Assembly: GCA_965202625.1 (NCBI GenBank)
Contig: CBDBBI010000010.1
Span: 2,464,001-2,528,000, forward strand
DNA length: 64,000 nt
From: a bacterium
GTDB taxonomy: Bacteria; UBA8248
Direction: 5' to 3'
Numbering within the stretch: the first letter of the stretch is position 1; the number at the start of each line of letters is the position of its first letter. The position numbers were made by a program, and so were the translations under genes. Of the stretch, positions 48,402 to 62,440 are shown one piece after another. Below the pieces are notes generated by a model that was given only the letters and a program-made list of their open reading frames with translations, was not told the DNA's origin and made no database searches.

Positions 48402-50816
48402 ATGCGGATTAGTCTGGAGTGGCTCGCGGATTTCCTCGACCTCGACCTGGAGGACGCGGAGTTGCCCGATCGCCTGGCGAACGGGCTTTTGCTTGCCGGC
48501 CTGGAGGTCGAGGCGCTTGAGCGGCCAGCGGAGAAGTTCGACGGCCTGGTCGTGGCCGAGGTGTTGTCCGTGGCGCCCCACCCCAACGCGGAAAAGCTCA
48601 AGGTATGCCGCCTCGCCGATGGCGTGCGCGAACGCTCCGTCGTGTGCGGCGCGCCCAACGTCGCGGCGGGCGGGCGCGTTGTTCTGGCGGTGCCGGGGGC
48701 GCGGATGCCGGGGGGGAAGAAGATCGAGCGCGTCCGGATTCGCGGCGAGCAGAGCGACGGGATGATCTGCTCTGAGCGCGAACTCGGCGTGGGGACGGAT
48801 CATAGCGGCGTCATGCTGCTCGACGACGCCTCCGCCGTCGGGAGCGACGCGGCGGTGCTTCTGGGTCTGGGGGACGTGATTTTCGACATCTCCATCACTC
48901 CGAACCGGGCGGATTGCCTCTCCGTTCTGGGCGTGGCGCGGGAGGCAGCGGCTCTTTTGGGCGCGCCGTTGCGTATGCCAAAAATTTCGGTGCGAGAGGA
49001 CATGCATCTTTCGGCGGCCTCGGCCTGCACGGTAGAGATATGGGATGCGGACAAATGTCCGCGCTACGCCGCCCGTGTCATGAAGGGAGTGGAAATCCGC
49101 CCTTCGCCGGCGTGGATGCAGCGGCGTTTGCGGGCGGCCGGAATGCGGCCGATCAGCAACGTGGTTGATGCGACGAACTACGTGATGCTCTCTCTCGGAC
49201 AGCCGCTCCACGCGTTTGATCTGCGGCGTCTGGCCGATCAGAAAATCATCGTGAGAAGGTGGGCCGAAAGCGACGGCTCCTTCACCACGCTGGATGGCCA
49301 GAAGCGCGAGATGGACGATGCGGACCTCATGATCTGCGACGGAGAGAAGCCCGTCGCCGTCGGCGGCGTGATGGGCGGCCTCGACTCCGAGGTGAGCTCC
49401 GGTACGCAGGACATACTTCTTGAGAGCGCCTACTTCACGCCCCAGAGCATTCGGCGCACGCGCAGACGCCTGGGCATGTCAACGGAGGCGTCCTATCGTT
49501 TCGAGCGCGGGGTGGACCCTTCCGGGACCGCGCGCGCGGTGGATTTGGCCGCCGAGCTCATTCGCCAAACCTCGGGCGGCGTCGTCGCGCATGGGGTGAT
49601 AGACGTCTATCCCGAGCCCATCGCGCCGAAGCGGGCGCCGCTTCGGGTGGCGCGCGCATCGCGCCTGCTTGGCGTGTCCCTGGACGCCTTCCAGGTGAGC
49701 GAGAGTCTTGAATCTCTGGGAATGCGCGTGGACGTGGGGGAGGAGAGGGACGTTTTCAGCGTCGAGGTTCCGACATTTCGCCCGGACGTGGAGCGCGAGG
49801 TGGACCTCATTGAAGAAGTGGCCAGAAGGGTGGGATATGAGAACATTCCCGCCACCTTGCCGGCCACGGGAAGCCCCGCCGCGCGCCCCGCCCGCGTTCG
49901 CTCCCTTGAGTTGCAGGCGCGCCGGATGATGCTGGCCGGAGGGTTCAGCGAGGCGCTGAACTACAGTTTCGTCAGTCGCAGGGCGTTGCGGCGCATGGGA
50001 TGGCGCGATGAGGAGATGGTCGCGCTGCGCAATCCCCTGAGCGTCGAGATGGACGTGCTCAGAACCACGCTGCTCGCCGGCTTGTTGGCGAACGCGGCGC
50101 GCAATCTGCGCCGGGGAGCGCATGAGATTCGCCTGTTTGAGCTAGGGCGCACGTTTCATCCTGCTGAAGGGGAGACGCTGCCGCATCAGGCGCTGCGCTT
50201 GGCTGGCCTCGTGGTGGGGGGCGCGCCGTCCGATGGAGATGCGCCGCTCTCAGGCGCCTTGTTTGAACTCAAGGGGGTGCTCGAGCGCTTCCTCGGCTCG
50301 TTGCGGGTGAAAAACCTCTCGTTCACTCCGACCGACGCCGTTCCGGGGTGGGATGCGTCCGCTGCTTCACGCATCCTCGTCTCAGGCGCGTCGCTCGGCC
50401 ACGTGGGGTTGACATCGCCCGAGGCGCTGGGTGCGTGGGACGTCGGAACCGGCGCGTCCGCTTTTGAAATCAGCCTCGCCTCCCTGTCCGAAATCAAGCC
50501 CGCGCCTCTCCGCATGACTCCCTTGCCGAAATATCCGGCCTCATTGCGCGATTTGGCGGTAGTGGTGCGCGCCGATCGAACAAACGCGGAGGTGGAGGAA
50601 GTCATCCGCAAAGCGGGTGGAGGCTGGCTCGAATCGGTGGATTTGTTCGATCTCTATGTGGATGCCGCTCTCAGTGCCTCCGGAAGAAAAAGCCTCGCCT
50701 ACTCTCTGGTGTTTCGCCATCCGGAGGCCACGCTCACCGACGCGCAGATCGAGGAGGCGTTCGGGAGGATCGTGGAGCGTCTGGACGCTGAACTGGGGGC
50801 GCGTCTTCGGGCGTGA
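48402..50816 (+). CDS. pheT: Phenylalanine--tRNA ligase beta subunit
   Basis: VCGAPNV, ITPNRADCLS, RFERGVD, DLIEEVAR, FDLY. Confidence 0.97.
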   Translation: MRISLEWLADFLDLDLEDAELPDRLANGLLLAGLEVEALERPAEKFDGLVVAEVLSVAPHPNAEKLKVCRLADGVRERSVVCGAPNVAAGGRVVLAVPGARMPGGKKIERVRIRGEQSDGMICSERELGVGTDHSGVMLLDDASAVGSDAAVLLGLGDVIFDISITPNRADCLSVLGVAREAAALLGAPLRMPKISVREDMHLSAASACTVEIWDADKCPRYAARVMKGVEIRPSPAWMQRRLRAAGMRPISNVVDATNYVMLSLGQPLHAFDLRRLADQKIIVRRWAESDGSFTTLDGQKREMDDADLMICDGEKPVAVGGVMGGLDSEVSSGTQDILLESAYFTPQSIRRTRRRLGMSTEASYRFERGVDPSGTARAVDLAAELIRQTSGGVVAHGVIDVYPEPIAPKRAPLRVARASRLLGVSLDAFQVSESLESLGMRVDVGEERDVFSVEVPTFRPDVEREVDLIEEVARRVGYENIPATLPATGSPAARPARVRSLELQARRMMLAGGFSEALNYSFVSRRALRRMGWRDEEMVALRNPLSVEMDVLRTTLLAGLLANAARNLRRGAHEIRLFELGRTFHPAEGETLPHQALRLAGLVVGGAPSDGDAPLSGALFELKGVLERFLGSLRVKNLSFTPTDAVPGWDASAASRILVSGASLGHVGLTSPEALGAWDVGTGASAFEISLASLSEIKPAPLRMTPLPKYPASLRDLAVVVRADRTNAEVEEVIRKAGGGWLESVDLFDLYVDAALSASGRKSLAYSLVFRHPEATLTDAQIEEAFGRIVERLDAELGARLRA

Positions 50817-50824
50817 TCGTTTCC

Positions 50825-50853
50825 TTGACACCGCTTTTTTGCGAAATTAGAAT
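50825..50853 (+). promoter_or_regulatory. Putative sigma70 promoter
   Basis: TTGACA-17 bp-TAGAAT upstream of the zapB-like gene. Confidence 0.75.
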
Positions 50854-50912
50854 CTCCCGTACGTCTTTGTCTCAACCGCGCTTTTACGCCCTATCTAGGA
50901 AAGTGAGCTTAA

Positions 50913-51167
50913 ATGGTCATTGAAAAACTGGATGCACTCGAATCGACGATCGCAAGCGTTCTAGAGGAACGCAAGGTGCTCAGGGAAAACCGGACCGAGC
51001 TGGAGTCGCAGATAGAAGCGTTGAAGGAGAAATCCCGGACCGCTTCGGAGATCGCGCGCACTCAGGCCAGCGAGATAACGGAACTTCAGGCGGAAAATGC
51101 GCGTCTTCAGGAGGAGCAGGCCGAGGTGCGCGCGCGCGTGGAGAAGATTCTGGGACGCATCGAGTAA
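50913..51167 (+). CDS. ZapB-like coiled-coil cell division protein
   Basis: Heptad coiled coil; immediately upstream of zapA. Confidence 0.7.
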   Translation: MVIEKLDALESTIASVLEERKVLRENRTELESQIEALKEKSRTASEIARTQASEITELQAENARLQEEQAEVRARVEKILGRIE

Positions 51168-51205
51168 TTCGGAGGGATGCGGGACGACGGCGTAAGGAGA
51201 CGGGT

Positions 51206-51484
51206 ATGGCCGAAGGGAATAATCTGGAGGTGAGAATTTTTGGCCAGTCTCTGCATTTGAGAAGTTCGGCGAATTCTGAATATACGTCCCGGCTCGCCGA
51301 ATACGTGGATTCGCAAATTCACAAGGTCTCGCGCCAGTCGAACGATCCGCTCAAAGTCGCTCTGCTCGCGTCGATGAACATCGCCAGTGAATTGTTTGAG
51401 GAGAAAAAGACGAAAGAGAAAAGCGAGGAAGTCCTCTCCCGACGCGCCGATTCCCTCCTGGAAATGGTGAGAAGGGCGGACTGA
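51206..51484 (+). CDS. zapA: Cell division protein ZapA
   Basis: EVRIFGQ, LAEYVD, VALLASMNIASELF; pheT-zapA-6S synteny. Confidence 0.88.
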   Translation: MAEGNNLEVRIFGQSLHLRSSANSEYTSRLAEYVDSQIHKVSRQSNDPLKVALLASMNIASELFEEKKTKEKSEEVLSRRADSLLEMVRRAD

Positions 51485-51559
51485 GCCGAGATTCTCACCG
51501 CGCGGCGGGCTCTTCTGGTATTCATCCCCCGGTTTTGATGGTATGATACATTTTGCTTT

Positions 51560-51738
51560 GGCCCTGCCGTGTTCGTGATGGGGGAAAGCATTTTGACCCA
51601 GTACTACTTTGACGGGAGTCCTGCCCCGCTGTGGTGAGTCATTCCCCTTGGGGAATTTGACCTAAAGCCGCGGACTTGGGCACCCACCTGGCGAAAGCTG
51701 GGTTCAAAGCGAACCTCACACGGCACAAGGCGGGGTCA
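51560..51738 (+). ncRNA. ssrS: 6S RNA
   Basis: ~180 nt between zapA and the 5-FTHF cyclo-ligase (conserved position); 5' GCCCTGCCGTGTTCG can pair with 3' CACGGCA..GGGGTC; TATGAT -10 box at 51542; ends approximate. Confidence 0.8.
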
Positions 51739-51812
51739 TTGCGCATATTCTCCGGCATCGCCCGAGGCTTTTTTGCGCCAAGGGGCTTGCGCCTAGCGGT
51801 GGAAGCCGATTC

Positions 51813-52430
51813 ATGGCCGTGCGGAATGATGAGAAACGAGCCGTTCGACTGCGGATGAAGGAGATGCGAGCGCGTCTTCCCGCTGCCGAGGGCGGCGCGT
51901 TGGGCTGTCGGGCGGGGCGCCGCATGGATGTCCTTTTGCGCTTTCTGGGTGCGCGAAAGGTGGGAATCTATGCGGCGGTTCGCGGTGAGATAGATCTCTC
52001 CTCGCTCTGGGGGAAAGGGAGGGATGAGAAGAGGAGATACTATTTCCCCAGAGTAGAGGGAGACGTTTTGCGTTTCTGTCCGGTGCGTTGTCCCGACAGG
52101 GAGCTTCAGCCGGGCGCGTTTGGCATTCCAGAACCTTTCCGCGACGTTCCGGCACTGGACGTGAATGCGCTTGATGTGGTCGTCGCCCCCGGCCTCGCTT
52201 TTGCTCCGCATGGCGCCAGGCTGGGCAGCGGCGGCGGATTCTATGATCGAACGTTTCAGCGTCTTCCAGATGATTCGGACGATTCCGGACCCTTGTTCGT
52301 GGGCGCGTGCTATGCGTTTCAGTTGCTCGTGCACGAATCTTTCAGAAAAGACGCCTGGGACGTCGGCGTTGACTGGGTGATAACCGAGAGGGAGGCGCTG
52401 CGTTGCCTCCCGCGTGAATATATGTCCTAG
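51813..52430 (+). CDS. 5-formyltetrahydrofolate cyclo-ligase
   Basis: GAFGIPEP, VAPGLAF..GARLGSGGGFYDR. Confidence 0.92.
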   Translation: MAVRNDEKRAVRLRMKEMRARLPAAEGGALGCRAGRRMDVLLRFLGARKVGIYAAVRGEIDLSSLWGKGRDEKRRYYFPRVEGDVLRFCPVRCPDRELQPGAFGIPEPFRDVPALDVNALDVVVAPGLAFAPHGARLGSGGGFYDRTFQRLPDDSDDSGPLFVGACYAFQLLVHESFRKDAWDVGVDWVITEREALRCLPREYMS

Positions 52431-52439
52431 GAGACAAGT

Positions 52440-54023
52440 ATGGACAACGCGGTTTTGTTGTGGGCGCTAGTTGTTGGTTTCATCGTTGTTTGCGTGGTGG
52501 CGTTCCTCATCCGGTGGGCCATGAAGCGCCGCTATGACGAGATGCTCGCCCGCTCGGAGTCGGATTTCGACAAGCGGATTCAACAGGTGAACGAAAGCGC
52601 GTCGAAGGAGGTATCGCAGAAGATTCAGAAATCGCAGATGGCACACCAGGCGGAATTGTTGCAGGAGCGGGAGCGCATTCAGCGAGAGAACAAGTCCCGC
52701 GTGGAGGAGCTGCAAAAACTCGAGCAAAGGGTGAATAAACGCGAGGAGACTCTGGACAGGCGACGCGAGAGCCTCGACGGCAAGGAAGCGACGGTCGAGC
52801 GTCGTGAGGCCGCGCTGGGGCAAAAGGAGCAGGAGCTGAGAGAGGAGGCGGCTCATTATAAGCGATTGCAAGAGGAGGAGCTCAAGAAACTGGAGGAAAT
52901 TTCTGGTCTGAGCGTCGAGAACGCGAAAAAGGAGTTGATGGATCGCTTTATGGAGGAGGCGAAGCAGGATATCGCCGCCGATGTGCGGCGTCTTGAACGC
53001 CAGGCGAAAAGTTCCGTGAACTCGGAGGCGCGAAAAGCGCTCGCCCTTGCCGTCGAGCGCTTCTCCTCCGAGCACGTGGCGGAGAACCTGGTGTCCGTGG
53101 TGGATTTGCCTACCGATGGAATGAAAGGCCGCATCATCGGCCGTGAAGGCAGAAACATCCGCGCCCTGGAGATGGCGACCGGCGTGGACGTGATCATCGA
53201 CGATACGCCTGAGGCCGTCGTCGTCTCGGGTTTTGACAAGGTGCGCCGAGAGACGGCGCGTCTCGCGCTTGAGGCGCTGGTGCAGGATGGGAGGATCCAC
53301 CCCGGCAGAATCGAAGACATCGTCAACAGGACGAAGAAGGATATCGACGGGCAGATACGCCGGGCCGGCGAGGAAGCCGTCCTGGAACTGGGGGTTGGCG
53401 ATGCGCATCCCGAGCTCGTAGCGTTGCTGGGGCGTCTCAAATACCGAACGAGCTACAGCCAGAACGTGCTGATGCACTCCAAGGAGGTGGCCTATCTCGC
53501 GGGAATGCTGGCGGATGAATTGCGGATAGACCCCACGATGGCCAAACGCGCCGGCTTGTTTCACGACATCGGCAAGGCGGCGACGCATGAGGTTGAGGGC
53601 TCTCACGTCCAGATAGGTTATGACATCGCCAAACGCTACAACGAGCCGCCCGAGGTCCTCAACGCGATTCTCTCTCATCATGAGGACGAGGAGGCGAACT
53701 GCGTCGAATCCGTTCTGGTGAAGGCGGCCGATACGCTCTCCGCCGCTCGGCCGGGGGCGAGGCGCGAGATGATGGAGAGCTACATCAAGCGCCTCGAGGC
53801 ACTGGAGAGGATCGCCGAATCCTTCAAGGGTGTGGAGAGGTGCTTCGCCATTCAGGCGGGCCGGGAGATTCGCGTGTCCGTCCTGCCCGATGAGATCACC
53901 GATTCGCAGGCCACCTTCCTGGCGCGCGACATCGCCAAGAGAATCGAGAGTGAGCGCACCTATCCGGGCGAGATACTCGTCACCGTCATCCGTGAAACCC
54001 GTCACACCGCCACCGCGCGCTGA
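52440..54023 (+). CDS. rny: Ribonuclease Y
   Basis: N-terminal TM plus coiled coil, KH motif [16 protein letters not shown] motif FHDIGK. Confidence 0.96.
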   Translation: MDNAVLLWALVVGFIVVCVVAFLIRWAMKRRYDEMLARSESDFDKRIQQVNESASKEVSQKIQKSQMAHQAELLQERERIQRENKSRVEELQKLEQRVNKREETLDRRRESLDGKEATVERREAALGQKEQELREEAAHYKRLQEEELKKLEEISGLSVENAKKELMDRFMEEAKQDIAADVRRLERQAKSSVNSEARKALALAVERFSSEHVAENLVSVVDLPTDGMKGRIIGREGRNIRALEMATGVDVIIDDTPEAVVVSGFDKVRRETARLALEALVQDGRIHPGRIEDIVNRTKKDIDGQIRRAGEEAVLELGVGDAHPELVALLGRLKYRTSYSQNVLMHSKEVAYLAGMLADELRIDPTMAKRAGLFHDIGKAATHEVEGSHVQIGYDIAKRYNEPPEVLNAILSHHEDEEANCVESVLVKAADTLSAARPGARREMMESYIKRLEALERIAESFKGVERCFAIQAGREIRVSVLPDEITDSQATFLARDIAKRIESERTYPGEILVTVIRETRHTATAR

Positions 54024-54030
54024 GGACGCC

Positions 54031-54816
54031 TTGAAACTGCTGTTTATTGGAGACGTCAACGGAAAAGTGGGCCGCCGGATGGCCGCCGCCCACCTGCGCG
54101 CGATTCGGAAGGAGCGCGGAGTGGACGTGTGCGTCGTCAATGGGGAGAACGCGGCGGGCGGTTTTGGAATAAACCCCAGCCACGTCGATAAGTTGCTTGA
54201 TGCGGGCGCGGACGTCATCACTTCGGGGAATCACATCTGGAATCGGCCGGAAACCGCCGATTTCATCGTCGACGAACCCCGCTTGCTCAGGCCGGCGAAC
54301 TATCCGCCCCAAACGCCCGGCAAGGGCGTCTTCGTCCTCGAATCTAAGAAAGGCCGCCTCGCCGTTCTGAATCTCATGGGCCGCGTTTTCATGCCGCCTG
54401 TCGAGTGTCCCTTCAGGGAAGCTGACGCGCTTTTGAGAGAGGCGCGTCGGGAAGCGACGATGGTGATGGTGGATTTTCACGCGGAGGCCACGAGTGAGAA
54501 GGTGGCGATGGGATGGCACCTTGACGGCCGCGTGAGTGCCGTTTTTGGCACGCACACCCACGTTCAAACGGCAGACGAGCGGGTGTTGCCCAAGGGGACG
54601 GCGTTTATCACGGACGTCGGCATGACGGGGCCTCGCAATTCCGTCATCGGCATGAAGACGGAGATCGTTCTGGATAAATTTCTCTCAGGGCTTCCCCGTC
54701 GTTTCGAGGTGGGCGGAGGGGAGGGGCAACTCAACGGCGCGCTCGTCGAGATAGCTCCGGATAGCGGAAAGGCCCTTTCCATTGAGCGCGTCCAGGTTTG
54801 CGAGGGGACGCGGTAG
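54031..54816 (+). CDS. YmdB-like (TIGR00282) metallophosphoesterase
   Basis: LFIGDV, NGENAAGG, TSGNH, DFHAEATSEK, GTHTHVQTAD; TTG start. Confidence 0.92.
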   Translation: MKLLFIGDVNGKVGRRMAAAHLRAIRKERGVDVCVVNGENAAGGFGINPSHVDKLLDAGADVITSGNHIWNRPETADFIVDEPRLLRPANYPPQTPGKGVFVLESKKGRLAVLNLMGRVFMPPVECPFREADALLREARREATMVMVDFHAEATSEKVAMGWHLDGRVSAVFGTHTHVQTADERVLPKGTAFITDVGMTGPRNSVIGMKTEIVLDKFLSGLPRRFEVGGGEGQLNGALVEIAPDSGKALSIERVQVCEGTR

Positions 54817-54854
54817 CAATCTCGCTCGTTTCGTTTCCACTGTGGAGAGGGTCC

Positions 54855-55454
54855 TTAGGGATGTCCGTTTCTCTGGGCGGCCTTCTCGTGGGCGGCGGGT
54901 TCTTGGGTCTTTTGATTTTGCAGCAACGCGAGCAGCCGCTTCAGGCGCCATCTGGGCGAGCGCGATTCTAGGAAAGCCTGCTTTTCCCGAAGGGGTAGTC
55001 TGAGCGCCTCGGCCACAACGAAGGAGAGGTGAAACGGGTTTTTTCGCAACTCCTCCGGTAAACGCAAGGGCGCCGCTCCTCCTCCCTTGAGGGTGCTCCA
55101 TACGCTTTCGCATAATTCGGCGGTTTCCTCGGCTTCGTCATGAAAATCACTCACTTCTCCCTCGAGGTAGGGGCGCACGTCATAGGTGCGAAAAAGCGCG
55201 AACCGCTGTGCGCCCCGGGTCAGGATGTTCATTCTGCCGTCAGGGAATTTTTTGAGTATTTGGGTGATGTGGGCCGCACATCCCACTTTGTGGATGCCGC
55301 TTCTCTCCACGAGGACGACCCCGAAGGGCGCGTCGCCTTCAATGCATTCGCCGATCATGGTCTTGTACCGTTCCTCAAAAATGTGTAGGGGCAAACGCTG
55401 GCCAGGCAGGAGCACGACCTGAAGCGGGAAGAGGGGTAAGCGATAGGTAGCCAT
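54855..55454 (-). CDS. LON peptidase substrate-binding domain protein
   Basis: LPLFPL.VVLLPG..LPLHIFEERY. Confidence 0.88.
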   Translation of the reverse strand: MATYRLPLFPLQVVLLPGQRLPLHIFEERYKTMIGECIEGDAPFGVVLVERSGIHKVGCAAHITQILKKFPDGRMNILTRGAQRFALFRTYDVRPYLEGEVSDFHDEAEETAELCESVWSTLKGGGAAPLRLPEELRKNPFHLSFVVAEALRLPLREKQAFLESRSPRWRLKRLLALLQNQKTQEPAAHEKAAQRNGHP

Positions 55455-55739
55455 AAGAAAAGTCTATCCCGAATGGCGCGATTTTGGAACTCTAGGAAAA
55501 AGCCGCCGGAGGAGAAATGCTGCGAGCGGGGCCGTGCGGCGGTGCGCTTCGACGTTCTGGAAATCCGGCGGCCGTTCTCGGTGTTTCCCGGCTGAATGGA
55601 GGCGATGCGGACGCCACGTCGCTCGCTCGGGACACTCCCAAAATTCGCCTCAGGCTGGCTTGTTCGCGCGCGAATATGGTATTTTGCTTGCCCTGAGAAA
55701 TAGAGGAGCCTCCCTCTTGCGTTTTTGGAGATTCTCACG

Positions 55740-57362
55740 ATGAGCGAGCCGAGCATCACTACGGCGCAAAGTGCCTGGCCCACGGAAGTAAGAGACAAGG
55801 CCACGCTATCGGGAATTGCTCTTCCAGCGTTTTTTGGCCCGGAGAGCGTAAATTCCGAGAGTTCCGATGAGAAGCCGGGCGTGTATCCTTACTCCCGAGG
55901 CATCCATGAAAGTATGTACCGGGGCCGGCTCTGGACGATGCGCCAATACGCCGGTTTCGGCAGTGCGAGGGAGAGCAACGAACGCTACCGCTACCTCCTC
56001 AGGCAGGGACAGATGGGAATTTCCGTGGCTTTTGATCTCCCCACCCAGATTGGCTACGACCCGGGCCATCCCCTCGCCTATGGCGAGGTGGGCCGCGTGG
56101 GGGTGTCCATCGCCTCCATTGAGGACATGGAAGCGCTGCTGGAGGGCATTCCCCTGGACAAAATTTCCACGTCTATGACCATCAACGCCACCGCCGCCAT
56201 TTTGTTGGCCCTTTATATCGCGGTGGCCGAGAAGCGTGGCATTCCGTCCGAGTCGCTTAGAGGAACCGTGCAGAACGACATCTTGAAGGAATACGTCGCG
56301 CGCGGAACCTATATTTATCCGCCGGGGCCGAGCTTGCGCCTGATCACCGACACGATTTCGTTTTGCAGGGAAAGGGCGCCGAAATGGAACGCCATATCGA
56401 TTAGCGGCTACCACATTCGGGAGGCGGGCGCCACCGCCGTCCAGGAAGTCGCTTTCACGCTTGCGAACGCCATCACCTACGTGCGGGCCGCGGTGGATGC
56501 GGGCATGAACGTGGATGAAATCGGATCGCAGATATCCTTTTTCTTCAACGTTCACAATCACTTCCTCGAAGAGATCGCCAAATTCCGCGCCGCGCGGAGG
56601 CTTTGGGCGCGGATTATGCGCGAGCGCTTCGGGGCGCGCTCTGAGAAGGCCTGCGCCTTGCGGTTTCATTCCCAAACCGCCGGAAGCGCGTTGACTGCGC
56701 AGCAGCCGAAAAACAACGTCGTCCGCGTCGCGCTTCAGGCGATGGCCGCCGTGTTGGGGGGCACGCAGTCGCTTCACACGAATTCGATGGACGAAGCCCT
56801 CTCTCTGCCTACGGAAGAGGCGGCGCGGCTCGCGCTCAGAACCCAGGAAGTGCTCGCCGAGGAATCGAACGTGGCGAACGTGGCGGACCCATGCGGTGGG
56901 GCGTACGCCATTGAATCACTGACATCGGAGATCGCCTCTCGGGCGGAAGAGATGATTCAGCGCATCGACGACGCCGGCGGGATGCTTCGCGCCATTGAGA
57001 CGGGATGGACGCAGCGCGAGATTCAGGAGAGCGCGTATACCTACCAGCGGGCCGTGGATGCGGGGGAAATAGTCGTCGTTGGCGTCAACAAGCACCAAAA
57101 GCAGGAGAATACGCCCATCTCGACTCTCCAGATTCGCCCGGAGGTTGAAGCGGAGCAAAAAGAGCATGTTGCCTCTCTCAGAAGAAGGCGCGACGCCACG
57201 CGCGCGCGCGCGGCTTTGGCGTCCTTGCGGCAGGCCGCCGGCGGGGCGGAGAATCTCCTGCCCTACATCTTGGGAGCGGTGAAGGCGCGCGCCACGGTGG
57301 GGGAAATCGCGGACACCATGCGCGAGGTTTTTGGTCTGTATCAAGAGGGCGTTTTCATCTAA
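55740..57362 (+). CDS. Methylmalonyl-CoA mutase family, large (substrate-binding) subunit
   Basis: [43 protein letters not shown]; no B12-binding domain. Confidence 0.93.
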   Translation: MSEPSITTAQSAWPTEVRDKATLSGIALPAFFGPESVNSESSDEKPGVYPYSRGIHESMYRGRLWTMRQYAGFGSARESNERYRYLLRQGQMGISVAFDLPTQIGYDPGHPLAYGEVGRVGVSIASIEDMEALLEGIPLDKISTSMTINATAAILLALYIAVAEKRGIPSESLRGTVQNDILKEYVARGTYIYPPGPSLRLITDTISFCRERAPKWNAISISGYHIREAGATAVQEVAFTLANAITYVRAAVDAGMNVDEIGSQISFFFNVHNHFLEEIAKFRAARRLWARIMRERFGARSEKACALRFHSQTAGSALTAQQPKNNVVRVALQAMAAVLGGTQSLHTNSMDEALSLPTEEAARLALRTQEVLAEESNVANVADPCGGAYAIESLTSEIASRAEEMIQRIDDAGGMLRAIETGWTQREIQESAYTYQRAVDAGEIVVVGVNKHQKQENTPISTLQIRPEVEAEQKEHVASLRRRRDATRARAALASLRQAAGGAENLLPYILGAVKARATVGEIADTMREVFGLYQEGVFI

Positions 57363-57427
57363 GGCGGGGTGGAATGCACCTCGCCACTCCATTTTTCCGC
57401 GCGCGCGGCATTTGGAGAAGGCGCGAT

Positions 57428-60073
<2,646 letters not shown>

Positions 60074-60122
60074 CCACGCATCCGCGCTTCTCTCGCATTG
60101 ATTCACCAGATAGTTTTTTCTT

Positions 60123-61316
60123 ATGGAGAAAGCCTTGATGAATACGGCGCTGGCCGGCGCGGCTCCAGGCCGTCTTAAGAAAAGAAGAATATCCCTTCTC
60201 ATCGTTTCCCACATCGCCAACGACAGTTATTTTGGTTTTCTTCCCCCGCTGCTTCCCCTCATCGTGCAGCGTATGGATCTGCCCTTGAGCCTAGCGGGCC
60301 TTCTGGCCACCACCCTTTCCGTCACCGGTGCGGTGGGGCAGCCCCTTTTCGGCTACTTCGCGGACAGGCTCAAGAAAGGGTGGCTCTTGGCGCTCGGCCC
60401 GTTGGGAGGGGCGCTTCTCGCGTTCATGCTCTATATGCCCAATTTCTGGTTCCTCATGCTTCTCATGCTGATTGCGGGATCAGGCTCGGCTTGTTTTCAT
60501 CCTGTAGCCTCGGTCATCGCCGGTCAGTCCTCGGGCGCGAGAAAGGGATTCGGAATGTCGCTTTACGTCGCCGGCGGTCGTCTGGGCGTGGGGTTGGGGG
60601 CGGGCATGGCGACTTTCATCGTTACGCGATGGGGCATCGACGCCATGCCCTACGCCAGCCTCGTCGGAATCCTCATCGGCATCCCCCTGTTTTTCGTCTC
60701 CCCGCCCATACGCGAGACGGGGAAGAGCGGCTCGAGAAGTTTCGTGCAAACGATGCGCGCGCTCAGCCTCGTGTTTCGGCCTCTTTTTTTGCTGTGGCTC
60801 GTGAACTTGTGCCGCACCACGGTGACCATGACCGTTCAGGTCTTCTTGCCCATATACGTTATCGCCAAGGGTGGTTCGCTGGCGGCGGGCGGCACGGCGG
60901 TAACGCTATTCCTCGTCGCCGCGGCCATCGGAGGCGTCTATGGCGGTCATCTCTCAGATGTCTTCGGCAGGCGGATCGTGACGATTTTGGCGATCTGCGT
61001 CGGCACGCCGGCGTTGGGGATGGCTTTCCTGCTCGATGAGCCTTTGCGGACTGTTTTCGTCATGCTCTCGGGCGCCGCTTTCTATGCGCAAATGGGGGTC
61101 TCCGTGACGTATGCGCAGGAGCTCGCCCCCGCGCACGCCGCGCTGGCGAGCAGTTTCATGCTCGGCGTGGTCTGGTTCGTGGCGAGCGTTGGAATGATCG
61201 CCGTCGGCGGTCTGGCCGATTATATCGGCGTGGCGCGTGCCCTGCCCATCGTCTGTATGGTGTTTGGTCTTGTGGGTTCGCTCATCTCTCTGGGACTGCC
61301 CAAAGAGACGACGTAG
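60123..61316 (+). CDS. MFS transporter (Fsr-like)
   Basis: HIAND, QPLFGYFADR, FHP, GGHLSDVFGRR; about 12 TM helices. Confidence 0.88.
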   Translation: MEKALMNTALAGAAPGRLKKRRISLLIVSHIANDSYFGFLPPLLPLIVQRMDLPLSLAGLLATTLSVTGAVGQPLFGYFADRLKKGWLLALGPLGGALLAFMLYMPNFWFLMLLMLIAGSGSACFHPVASVIAGQSSGARKGFGMSLYVAGGRLGVGLGAGMATFIVTRWGIDAMPYASLVGILIGIPLFFVSPPIRETGKSGSRSFVQTMRALSLVFRPLFLLWLVNLCRTTVTMTVQVFLPIYVIAKGGSLAAGGTAVTLFLVAAAIGGVYGGHLSDVFGRRIVTILAICVGTPALGMAFLLDEPLRTVFVMLSGAAFYAQMGVSVTYAQELAPAHAALASSFMLGVVWFVASVGMIAVGGLADYIGVARALPIVCMVFGLVGSLISLGLPKETT

Positions 61317-61329
61317 GGGAGACGCTCGC

Positions 61330-61660
61330 GTGGATCGAAAATTCAAACCCCTGGCTGTGGAACGCGAGATAGCCGAGGAGATGGCCTCCTCCCTGGGCCG
61401 CATCGGAAGCGAGTTCTCCAAGCGTCAAGGGAGAGCGTGGAGTGCATGGCGCGCCTGGGAGAGAGGGCGGGGGCTGGGCGACGAGAGAGGGAAGAGGCTC
61501 AGGAGCGCGCTTCAGAGCGCGATGGATGAAGCGGAGCGCTATCGCTTCGCTATTTCCTCATCGTGCAAAGAGAGGCGATGGGGCTGCGAAACCACGCGGA
61601 AGTGAACCGAAAATACCCGCTCCCCCGCGTGCCGGGGAGACCGCCCGCCGCAGGCGACCC
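61330..61660 (+). pseudogene. Small conserved hypothetical protein (DUF6665-like), frameshifted
   Basis: EREIAEEMASSLGRIG in one frame and YFLIVQREAMGLRNH in another, offset by a 5-bp duplication near 61542-61551; 3' end approximate. Confidence 0.55.
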
Positions 61661-61662
61661 AG

Positions 61663-62268
61663 CTAGTCCGCGTCTCGCTTGGCCTGGAGGATTTTCACGA
61701 GGTTGGCGTAGGAAGTTTTCCGGATGATGGAGCGAAACTGCTCACGATAGTTTTTCAGAAAGCTGATATCCTCTATCAATACGTCATAGACGCGCCATTC
61801 GCCCTGCGCTTTGTGCATGCGGTAAGCGATGTTGACCTTCCGGCCTCCCTTCAGAACCACCTTGGTGTAGATTTTGGCGAACTCCGCGTCGACCGTCTCC
61901 TTTCCGAAGATGATTTTCTCATCCGAGTAGCTCTCTAGTTTGTCGGCGTAGTTGCGCTCCATGAGACGGCTGAAAAGACGGACGAATTCCCTTTTCTCCT
62001 CCGGCGTGCGCTTTCTCCAGTTTCGGGCGAGGCTTCGTCTGGACATTTCCTCAAAATCAAAATACCGATGAATGATCTTGCGAATCTGGCTTCTGCGCTC
62101 GGCTTTTCTCTCGGGACGTTTCAATTCAGGCTGTTGGAGAACGCGCAACACTCCGTTTATGCTCGCGCTCAACAACTCTGTCGGCTTTCCCGCCCCGGCG
62201 GGTTGCGCGATGAGCACCCCGGCTAGGCACATTGCGATGAGCGATGCGATGCGCTTTTTGGGCAACAT
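61663..62268 (-). CDS. mlaC: MlaC/Ttg2D phospholipid-binding protein
   Basis: Signal peptide, FDFEEMSRRSL, WRVYDVLIEDISFLKNYREQF. Confidence 0.88.
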   Translation of the reverse strand: MLPKKRIASLIAMCLAGVLIAQPAGAGKPTELLSASINGVLRVLQQPELKRPERKAERRSQIRKIIHRYFDFEEMSRRSLARNWRKRTPEEKREFVRLFSRLMERNYADKLESYSDEKIIFGKETVDAEFAKIYTKVVLKGGRKVNIAYRMHKAQGEWRVYDVLIEDISFLKNYREQFRSIIRKTSYANLVKILQAKRDAD

Positions 62269-62440
62269 GGGTTCTCCTCGTGCGTTCCGTCTCAAACGCG
62301 GAGACGATGAGACCGAGGCGCCGCTACACGTCCGGGCGAATGGCGTAGCGTCTGGATTCTGAATCCGCCGGCGCGAAAACCACATTCATCCACACTCTTT
62401 CGTTCATTGTCTCGCGTCGCCCCGCTTGGGGTGTGGCCTC

